From NCBI RefSeq assembly GCF_036321535.1, contig NC_087437.1:91080001-91144000 (forward strand): a DNA stretch of 64,000 bases, given 5' to 3'. Origin of the DNA: Camelus dromedarius (lineage: Eukaryota). This document shows, in pieces, positions 26,711-36,880 of the stretch; position 1 is the first letter of the stretch, and the number at the start of each line of letters is the position of its first letter. The position numbers and the translations under genes were made by a program. Below the pieces are notes generated by a model, which made no database searches, had not been told where the DNA came from, and worked only from the letters and a program-made list of their open reading frames with translations.

Positions 26711-28970
26711 AAATCATCATGCTAATTAGAAACTAGAGAAATTTTTAAATTTTGTGTTGTTTCTAAAAATGCAAGAAATAAATAGGTGTTAGAGTATAAA
26801 AATGTATGTGAATTAAAAATGATAATAGTACAGATATTTGTTAAGGAAACATATTTAAGAAAATTTATTACATATATTAAAGTGAATTATGGGGTATGGG
26901 GAAGGAAATATCCATTGGAGTGAAGAAGAAAATATACCAAAAAAACCTTGGTAATGTTGGTGAGTCATAAAAGAAAGAAACTAAAAAAATAATTGATATG
27001 ACATATAGTTGCCCAGTTGTTGATACACATATATGAACACTACACTGGGCAGTAGTTCATTTTAAATTAAATTATAGATCTATATACATATTGTTTTATA
27101 TTTAGATACAATACTACTCTTTAAGTTATACTCCAGATTTCTGTCTTTGCCTCTTTTACTTAGGCTTCATCAGTTGTTCAAAATACGATTATAATTTTTC
27201 TTTTCCTTTTCTCTCATTCTTTATTGATGTTGGTGATGAAATAGTGCTATCAAGAACTATTAAGTTATATCCTATAAATGAATACATTAACTTGATGCTA
27301 AAGTGAATTTTTATGAAAATATTTCCCTCAGTTTTTATTTTTATCTGACAGTCCTATACTTCTCTAAATTTTATATCAATTAAGGTCTGTATGCTCACGT
27401 TATAAAAACAATTTAGATAAATCTGAGATAATGCCATTAAACTGCTCAGTGAGGCCTTTTTGTATAACAGATTCTGCAGATGGTGTTCTGATTCAATTAT
27501 ATATTTTGAGAAATTCATATTTGACTGGTGATTTCTTTCCTATAATGTGACCCAATCAGTTTTCCCATTATTATTTTATATTTCTATGCTAATTTCAAAA
27601 TTCTTTTATTTCTCATAAAGATCTTTTTTACTTTACTTCTTATTCTAAGCTTTATTTAGCAACATCAAATTTGAATTAAGACTTAAAAAGTAACAGATAT
27701 TCCCGCCTCCCACCCCCACCCCCCCGTGATATTACTTTGAACCACTAAAAAGAAAAAGATGACAATCATAGGTTTTCAGATATTTGTTGGTTCTGGGTAT
27801 TTTTGACATTTTAGAAATGGGAAATTGTTAGATTTTATTATCAAAGTATGTTCAATCTCTTAGGATCATTAGGCAGTGTAACATAGGAAAGAACCTCAGA
27901 AAAAAACAGGATCCTAAATAATTAGACAAAATTGGTCATTCCCCTGCAAAATAAACTATTCATTTTGGAGTTCAACTTAGAAAAATTCACAAATGGGTGC
28001 ATTTGGTAGGTACCTTGCAAGTTTTTTTGAAAAATTACAACGTATATAATATCAGATGGCATCAATATACCTGATATAAAACTTGATTAGTACTTAGGTA
28101 TCATAGGCAAGAGTTGTGCTAATTAGAAATTGTGACTTGATGATTGCAGTAGTTTATCATCGATGCTTGTTTAATGGAAGCTGTTTAATAACATAACTAA
28201 AACTTTGAGATGGCAAGAAACATTCCAGTGGAAAGATACCATTACACAATAGGTTGGAAGTTGTTTCTCCATTTAGACTAGGTCTATTCCTAAGGAAGAA
28301 ATGTGTGGTAAGACAAGAAAAATATTCTCTATAATATTACATTCATGTAGAGAACATTGCTTGTTCTCATTATTTCTGATAAAGATATTAACTTTCATGC
28401 TTTAGACCTAGAGTTGTATTTATGTACAAAGAAAGGTAAAATTTTGTGTGTTTGTTCTCTATCCAGTGTACTGTTTGGAAAAGCCTAAGCATAAAACTAT
28501 TCTTTTAAAGGTAGTTTGCATTATTATAAGAGTAAATTTAGCAGTGACCAAGATATTAATTTTTAAAAGAAAAGTTTTTTAAAGTAAAGTACAAAGTATG
28601 CCATTATGACTTTTCTCTACCTTCATTTATACTTTTTTACCTTAAGTTTTTAATAATTCAAATAGCTGAGAGTCATTTACTCTTAAGAGCTGTGAGTATA
28701 AATGTGTAATGACTTTGACTTATTAATATTTTTCAGAATCAAAATTATTATTTCCCATACATTATTGTTACGATGTTAATTTCCCATTGCCATTCAGTGG
28801 ACTTAATTATTTGCTTTTATATTCATATCTGATTAACTCATTAGTGATTTATCTACTTTTGCTTTTGTGATAATTCCTCCAGAAATAACTCAAAGGTAAT
28901 ATTAACAAGTTATTTTAATTCACATGCTTTTCAGATGATATATTATAATTATCATATTTTAAAAATAACA

Positions 28971-29361
28971 TATGACTGAGAGTTTATACCCTTTACCACC
29001 CTCTCCCTATTTCTCCCAACCCCCAGTTCTTGGCAACAAATTTTCTACTCTATGTTTCTATGGGCTTGACTTTCATTTTTATTTCACATATAAATAATAC
29101 CATGTGATAAGGTCTGAGGATCTGGTGTATAACATGGTGACTATAGCTGATGACACTGTATTCTGTAATTAGGAGTTGCTAAAAGAGTAGAACTTAAATG
29201 TCTTCACCAAAAAAAAGAGTAGTAAATATCTGAAGTGATGGATGTGTTAATAACTCGATGGGAGGAGTCCTTTCACAATGTATACATGTATCAAGTCATC
29301 ACATTGTACACTTTAAATGTCTTACAATTTTGTCAATGAGTCCTCAATAAAGCTGGAAAAA
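28971..29361 (+). mobile_element. Short L1 (L1MA9/artiodactyl-type 3' end) with 5' inversion
   Basis: 28971-29104 is the reverse complement of L1 3'UTR; 29105-29361 is sense 3'UTR ending AATAAA (29346-29351) plus an A-tail. Flanks are TSD-like: aaaataacatatga / aaaattaacacacatga. Confidence 0.88.
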
Positions 29362-29529
29362 TTAACACACATGAAATGTGCATAAGGTTCAAACTGCTGT
29401 TTTCTATTTTTCTTCAATTTTCAAGTGATATATTTTTACTGAATGAATACTTATTTTCTCTTTGACTCCCCAACATCCATTGTCCTAATCTAGAAAAAGC
29501 CTTTTTCTTTCTTTTTTTTTTTTTTTCAG

Positions 29530-29860
29530 TAGTTCTGTTTCAGCTCAGAGTTAGAACATTGTAATTTAGACCTATGCCTTAAGCTCCCTGGCTGCCCTTC
29601 ATGGAGGAGACATTACACTGCCAGAGTCCATTTCGTTAGCTGTAAAAGCAGATGGTATTGTCCAAAAGGAGAGATCCCATCTGTGAATAAAGTCAAAAGA
29701 AATAGAAAGAGGGAAAAAAAAAAACAAAACAAAAAACAGAGCTTTGGTTCTGTTGCCTTTTACTTGAATCCTTATATCTAGCCAGGCCCACAAACCAAAA
29801 CTGCGTCATTTTATATGAACCAATACATTAACTATTGATATAGAGTACAGTTAATTGACT
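29530..29860 (+). mobile_element. MLT1J/K-type LTR fragment
   Basis: gcagatgg...gagatccc...tacttgaatccttatatctagccaggcc...tatatgaaccaatacatt resembles the MLT1J/K 3' half. Confidence 0.5.
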
Positions 29861-30762
29861 CACCATCACAATTAAATAAACTTTTTTTCCTCAATTTAAG
29901 CTGAATTTATGCTGATCCTAATATATGTATTAAATCTAAGTCACTTATGGTAGTAAAAAAAAAAAATCATTAGGCTTACTAAAATGTTAATGTATATTTT
30001 AGTTTAAATAATATGATTAAAAAGAAATTTTCCAAGTACAAATAATATGAAAGCAAAGACAGATGTCCTACAGCATCTTTTAACAAAGAAATATATTACA
30101 CATGAAACTATTTTAGGGAAGATGGATCAACATTTTACATATTGAAAGAGAAACAAAGAATTTAAATTGGCTGTTCACAATTGAAACACATTTTTGATGT
30201 GTATAACTCTAAAATATTTTGATAGGTTATTAATTTTAAATACTACAATATTTATAATAGGTTTCAAAAGGAAACTATTTGAGGAAATCTGTCTTTTAAA
30301 TAATTATCCTGAGATTTCATGCTAATAAATTTCTGCTATATAGTATTTCTTGTAATTTTGTATTTTATTTAGATCATGCTGATGATGTAATGCTAGCATT
30401 TAATCAAAAAAGCATTTGATGGTACATTTCTTGTCCTTATTCTTAAAGAATCCATGAACATTATTCTAAGACAAAGCATTTTGAATCTGTAATCAGTCTT
30501 TTAAAAATCCCACATATTCAAAAAATCGATATTGCTTTTGGGGCTTAAATTATACCTTTCTTGGAACATCATCAAATATAACTCATAAACTTTCAAATAT
30601 CCTGTGAAAATATGCTTTATGATTTTCAGATGATAGAACATCAACTATTACTATTTCAACTAGTCTCATCAATTCAAACAATATACATTTCTAGCATTTT
30701 GTGATGTAAAGTAGTTTAAAAAGAACTGGCATAGAGACATTTCAGAAGTGAATCATTTAGAC

Positions 30763-30885
30763 CAGCAAGGGTTGGCAAACTTTTTATGTGATGTGCCAGA
30801 CAGTAATATGGTAGCCTTTCTGGGTTACTCCGATTCTGAAGTAACTACCTTTGTGGCATTTTAGCATGATTGTAGTTACAAGTTT

Positions 30886-30930
<45 letters not shown>

Positions 30931-31022
30931 CACATAGAGAAACATATTTTGCATTAAAAAACTATTTACATAAATAGATGTGGGCCAATTTGGACCCACA
31001 GGCCATAGTTTGTGGACCAGTG
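30763..31022 (+). mobile_element. MER58A hAT/Charlie MITE
   Basis: caagggttggcaaactttttatgtgatgtgccagacagtaa ... tgggccaatttggacccacaggccatagtttgtggaccagtg matches the MER58A TIRs; flanks atttagac / aactaaac resemble a degenerate 8-bp TSD. Confidence 0.85.
30889..30928. repeat. (AC)20 microsatellite inside MER58A
   Basis: Directly visible perfect AC run. Confidence 0.97.
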
Positions 31023-33077
31023 AACTAAACCAATCCAAAATAAAGCTTGCAATCCACAGAAAGTCCAAATTCTAAAAAACATTTTAAGGGATACTATAAA
31101 AAGAAATATTACAAGTATTTTAGCTAACTGGTAACCAATTCCTTTCTACTAAACATTTTACATTTTTTAATTTTTATTAAAAGAGATGTTCATTTGTGTT
31201 CAAAGCAAAATGCTTAAATTCCTCTATTTTTCTGTTCCTCAAAATACATCTGAAGTTTATTTCTCCTACCCTCATTATTATATTTAGTTCATTTGGGTTT
31301 TTTTCCCCTTCGTTTACACTCTTACTTATTTATTTACTTATTTTCTCTGAAGGGTGAAAATGCTTTAACGCTTCATTTTATAAAATGAAGATAAAAAAAA
31401 TGATAAAAGTCATAAAGATGACTCTATAACATTTTATCTTTTCTTCACGTCTCTTTACCTCTTTTTATATTTCTGCTTGCTTAGTGTTTCCAATAAAGTA
31501 TCAAAGGAGGCAGGACCTCAAATCACAGACTAAGGCACTAAATGGATAGATTCAGAGACAGCACACTTCATACTCCAAGCGGAGTTGACAGGGAGAGACT
31601 TGTTGGTCAGACCAAGATGAAATGATACACATACACGTGTTAAAGTGGCCGGCAAATAAGAAGATAAACTCATCCATAAAGCATATCTGGCATTTCTGGA
31701 GGTCATGTACTAACCATAATAGACCTTGTCTTACAGTGAATGACGTCTTTGTAATGGTGTTGTTTGGCACATTTGCACATTAGAGCAGGCATAATTCTGA
31801 GAATTCTGCTAGCTTCAAAGGACTCATGTCATAAACGCATAGTCCAAAGGACACTGTGTTCAGGTCAAAATGTTATAATAAAATGGAAAGCTGTCATATA
31901 CTCTTACAGGAGTATACAGAAATCCAAGCATCAATCTTACTTTATTCCAAGGATTCTGAATCAGTTTTTGAAAGGAAAGTACTGAACCACCAAAAGAAAA
32001 GAAAATCTCACAGACATCAAACTAGCTTTTATGCCACTATAAAGTTTTTAAATCTACAATTTGCTCTTACACTTGAGATATCCATGGTGTTGTATTTATG
32101 TAAAACCTGGTTCTAATGAATTCCAGACAATTCATGGATATCATCTCACTAAAAGTATGCTAAACATTATGTACTGCAAAACTCTTGGCTATGCATTACT
32201 CAGATTTCAAATAAAACTGATGTCAGCAGAATACAAGAGAGAGAGACAAATGGATAAAATTAGGCATATAAAAATTTAGAAGTATGTATGTGTGTGTGTG
32301 TGTATGCATGTGAACTTGGTTACAGTAATGTAATCACCCAACATGGCTTTAGATTAATTGTTTAGGGGAAATTAAATGTAATCTCTTAATATCCAGGAAG
32401 TTTTGTTTTAGTATATTCTGGTGAGAATTTGTCATTATTTATCTGCCTACATAAGCAATATACAATAAAATAATTTTACGTTTCTTGAAAAATTAGTATA
32501 TTATAAGCTAAGTTTTTAAAAAGTGTGTGTCTTTCTTGGAACTGATTTTATGAATTCAAGATGAGGACATCAAAACTAGAGCAAAAATGTTTTCATGGAC
32601 ATTATTCTTTTTCAAAAATTAAAATGCACTGATATATGAATGGCTTCATCTGAAATAACTTAATTGAATTAATAATCAGTAGAAATATTAATGCAATATA
32701 TGCTTTTAGTCCAGATATAAATTTAAAATTCATATGTAAGTTTTCCTTCAGTTATTGAAATAATTCAGATTTTAATACTATTATTTAGTCTGTTGAATTC
32801 TGGGTTCACTGTGGCACATAGAAACTAGAAAGAGTGAGATTCTCTATACCCAAAAATCCGTGTAATAATATGTGTAAATTATGTGTTTTAAATTGTGGTT
32901 AAAATAATTATTAAAAATAATAATTTTTAGTATGATTATTTTGTGCTTCCAATATATATCTTAGTTTCAGAAAATCCCATTAGTACTTCAGAATCTTGTC
33001 TTAAAATGGGAATGATAAAAGAAACTACTACAAATGCTCATTAGTATTTTTAGGTCACTGTATTTTTGTACTTTTCT

Positions 33078-34556
33078 GTGATTCAGTATTTGTTATTATA
33101 CTCCACTTAAAGTTATTACAAAATAATCATTATAATTCCCTGTGCTTTACAACATAGCCTTGTTCTTTATTTATTTTATACTTGATAGTTTGTGTCTCTT
33201 AACCCCATACTCCATCCTTGCCCCTCCCCCTTCCCTATCCCGACTGGTAAACTCTAGTTTATTCTCTATATCTGTGAGTCTACTTATTTGTTGTTATATG
33301 CATTTGTTTGTTTTATTTTTAGAGTCCACCTATAAGTGATAATGTACAGTATGTGTCTTTATCTGTCTGACTTGTTTCACTAAGCATAATACTCTGTAGC
33401 TCCATCCATATTGTTGCAAATGGCAGAATTTCTTTTTTTTTTTACGGCTAATATTCCATTATACATATATACCAATAGATTTTCTGTATCCATTCATCTG
33501 TTGATGGACACTTAGGTTGCTTCCATGTCTTGGCTATTGTAAATAATGCTGCTACAAACATGGGGGTGCATGCATCTTTCAAAATTAGTGTTTTTGTTTT
33601 CTTCAGATATATACCCAGCAGTGGAATTGTTGAAGCATATGATGAGTCTATTTTTAGTTTTTTGAGGAGCTTCCATATTCTTTTCCATAGTGGCTGCAAC
33701 AATTTACTGTCCTACCAACAGTGAACTAAGATACTCATTTCTCCACATCCTTGCCAACATTTGTGAAGTGATCTCATTGTGGTTTTGATTTGAATTTCTC
33801 TTATGATTAGCAATGTTGAACATTTTTCATGAGCTTTTTGGCCATCTGTATGTCTTCTTTGGAAAAATGTCTGTTCAGGTCTTCTGCCCATTTTTGATTG
33901 TGTTTGTTTTTACATTGAGTTGTTTGAGCTATTTATATACTCTGGATATTAACTCTTTATTGGTCATATCATTTGCAAGTATTTTCTCTCATTCTATAGG
34001 TTGTCTTCATTTTGTTGATGCTTTCCTTTGCTATGCAAAAGCTTTTAAGTTTAATTAGTTCCCATTAGTTCACTTTTGCTTAATTTCCTTTCCTTTAGGA
34101 GACAAATCCAAAACAGTTGCTACTGTTTCTGTCAAAGAGAGTTCCACCTATGTTTTCTCCTTGGAGTTTTATGGTCTAAAGTCTTACATTTAGGTCTTTT
34201 CTCCATTTTATATTAGTGCCTCCTTTGTCAAAGATTAATTAGCCATAAATGTATGGGTTTATTTCTGGGCTTTCCATTCTATTTCATTGATTTACATGTA
34301 TGTTTTTGTGCCAGTAACATACTGTTTTGATTACTGTACCTTTGTAGTATAGTCTGAAGAAGCATGCTACCTCCAGCTCTGTTCTTTTTCAAGATTATTT
34401 TGCCTATTTGGGGCCTTTTGGGTTTCCACACAAATTTTAAAATTATTAATTCTAGTCCTCTGAAAAATGCTAATGGTATTTTGATAGGAATTACACTGAA
34501 TCTGTAGGGTGCCTTGGGTAGAATGGTCATTTTAACAATATTAATTCTTCTAATCT
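33078..34556 (-). mobile_element. Relatively young LINE-1: 3'UTR and ORF2 C-terminal region (degenerate)
   Basis: Minus-strand ORFs give L1 ORF2 peptides [19 protein letters not shown] (34279-34530) and [16 protein letters not shown]...[28 protein letters not shown] (33448-33702); artiodactyl-type 3'UTR at 33078-33400. Confidence 0.95.
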
Positions 34557-35025
34557 ATGACAAACAAAAGTCCAGGACCAGATGGCTTCACAGGTGAATT
34601 ATATCAAACATTTGGAGAAGAGTTAACACCTATTCTTCTCAAACTATTTCAAAAATTGCACAGAAAGGAATGCTTCCAAACTCATCCTATAATGCCAATC
34701 ACCCTGATACCAAGTCCAGACAACGATATCACAAACAAAGAAAAATACAAGTCAATATCACTGATGAACATAGATGCAAAAATCCCTAACGAACTATTAG
34801 CTAATGAAGTTCAACCATACATTAAAAGGATCATACACAATGATCAAATGGGGATTATTTCAGAGATGCAAGTGTGGTATAATATGCACAAATCAATCAG
34901 TATGATATATCATATTAACAAATTGAAGAATACAAACTCTGTGATCATCTCAATAGATGCAGAAACAGCTTCTGACAAAAGTCAACATCCATTTATGGGT
35001 GTAGAAAAAATATACTTTATCATAT
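34557..35025 (+). mobile_element. Inverted LINE-1 ORF2 segment (Z-domain / start of RT), probably the 5' inversion of the adjacent L1
   Basis: ORF 34557-35045 reads KSPGPDGFTGELYQTFGEELTPILLKLFQK...ITLIP...ISLMNIDAKI...IISIDAETASDKSQHPFM, typical L1 ORF2. Confidence 0.95.
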
Positions 35026-35350
35026 ATCATTGTGGCTCAATTTGAATTTTCCTGATGTCTGATAATGTTAAACACCTTCCTATTTATTTTTCCCATATAT
35101 GTATCTCCTTCAACTGAATGTTCATTTATATTTTCTCCTGTTTTCTCTTTAGATTTTTGTCTTTACTGTTGAGGTTTGAGAGTTGTTTTTTGTTGTTGTT
35201 GTTAGTGTTTGTTTTAATATAGTCTAGCTGCTAGACTTTTTCCCAGATAAGTGGTTTGCATATACTTTCCACCATTTTGCAGCTTGTCTTTTTATCTTCT
35301 TTATGTGGATTTTCACAAAGCAAATTTTTTTTTAATTTTCATCAGGTACA
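35026..35350 (-). mobile_element. Older L1M ORF2/3' fragment
   Basis: atcattgtggctcaatttgaattttcctgatgtctgataatgttaaacac...gtggtttgcatatactttcc. Confidence 0.7.
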
Positions 35351-35359
35351 ATTTAATAA

Positions 35360-36630
35360 ATAAATTCAAACTTATATTTACCTGATTTATGACAAAGTTG
35401 ATACTATGACGCAGTTGCATAAGAATTATGTTTTCAATCAATGCTTCTTTGTGAATTAGACAACTATATAAAAATTAATTTTGACTCTTGCTTTATATAC
35501 CCATAAAAAATCGTGGACTATGTACCAAAAAATATTCTATCTGTGTATCAAAGTAACACAATAAATACATAAGAATAAAACATAAAAGACTATCAACATA
35601 TATTCCGGGTAGGCAAAGATTTCTTAAAATACGTATAACATGGCAATCCGTGGAGAAAAAATTGAGCAAAAAGGCTTTTAGCCTCTACACAAAAGAAGGC
35701 ATCCAAATGACTAATAAATATATGAAAAAGTGCTCTCCATTTGAATAGTACTCATGGAAATGGAAATTTAAAGAAACCAAAAAAGATAACTATATCTTTC
35801 ATACCCATCATGATGAATACATTTTTTTAAATATATAAAATAACGTTTGAACAAGGTCATGGAGATACTGAAATTCTGGTACACTGCTCATTTCTGGTAA
35901 ATGTATACCTCTAGAATTCCTCTAGAGTTTTTGGCATTTGCAGCTAATGCTAAATGTATCTTCATTGCTACCTGGAAATTCTTTACCTAAGTATACCCAG
36001 GAGAAATGCATACCTTATATTTGCCAAAAGACATGTACAAGAATGTTTAGAAAAGAACTATTCATAATATTCTTAAAGTCAGGGGAAAGGTATAACTCAA
36101 GTGGTGGAGTGCATGCTTAGCACTAAAGAGGTCAGGGGTTCAGTCCCAAGTACCTCCTCCAAACGGAAATCAATGAAGAAACCTAATTACCTCCCCCGCA
36201 TAAAACAAACAATACAAGCCATGATAGTCCTAAACTGTAAGCAACATAATTGACCATCAAGAGTGAAACGAATAACCACATTTTATCGAAGATGAACAAC
36301 TTATTTCTATACATAGCAAAATAGATTTATTTCACAAGTTCAAATTTGAACAAAAGAGGCCAGGTTTTAAAAGTGCGAACTGTGATTCCATTTATGTCAA
36401 ATTCAAAGGCAGGAAAAAAAACCTTATGGTTTGAAAACACTAGGGTATCGCTTATCTTAAGGGATAGTGCCAGGGAGGAGACACAAGAAACATATTTGGT
36501 GCTGCTAATATTTTATTTCTTAATGTAAGTACTAGTTTAATGAGGAACTTCACTTTAAAAATTTCTTTGAGATGCATAGTTATAGCTAAAACATATTTCT
36601 TTACATATGTAATATTACAATAAAAGGACA
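35360..36630 (+). mobile_element. L1ME-type LINE-1 3' region (host of the SINE)
   Basis: cctgatttatgacaaag...gtaggcaaagatttctt...ccaaatgactaataaatatatgaaaaagtgctc...ccaaaagacatgtacaagaatgtt...tcaaattcaaaggcagg...caataaaa. Confidence 0.75.
36082..36215 (+). mobile_element. Vic-1-type tRNA-derived SINE (Camelidae)
   Basis: ggggaaaggtataactcaagtggtggagtgcatgcttagcactaaagaggtcaggggttcagtcccaagtacctcc carries A-box and B-box-like motifs, followed by aaacctaattacctccccc and an A-rich tail, the structure of the camelid Vic-1 SINE. Confidence 0.88.
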
Positions 36631-36704
36631 GAAAAATCAGGATTGTAATTTATTTTCCTATTCTTTTATCTTTTTTTAAATTCCTGTTGATAAGGATGAA
36701 ATGA

Positions 36705-36880
36705 ACTTGCTGTTTAACTGTGGGGAACTTCCTCAATCATTCTGAAGGTGATAGAGATAAATTTTAAATTAATGGAGGGTAATTTCTACTTAGTGGATTG
36801 TTTCAAGAATTAAATGAGGTGATACAGATGAAAGTATATGGTGCATACTAGGTGCTCACTAAAGATTAGATTATAATTAT
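36705..36880 (+). mobile_element. MIR SINE
   Basis: ggattgtttcaagaattaaatgaggtgatacagatgaaagt...tactaggtgctcactaaagattagattataattatt. Confidence 0.65.

Noticed and set aside
30373..30425. Plus-strand exon after tattttatttAG
   Set aside because: Stops in all three frames before a weak donor.
34557..35045. 162-aa ORF as a host gene or novel reverse transcriptase
   Set aside because: It is a degenerate LINE-1 ORF2 fragment lacking the RT catalytic core.
36082..36155. tRNA gene
   Set aside because: The A/B boxes belong to the SINE head, which is followed by a SINE-specific body and A-rich tail and is mutated relative to a functional cloverleaf.
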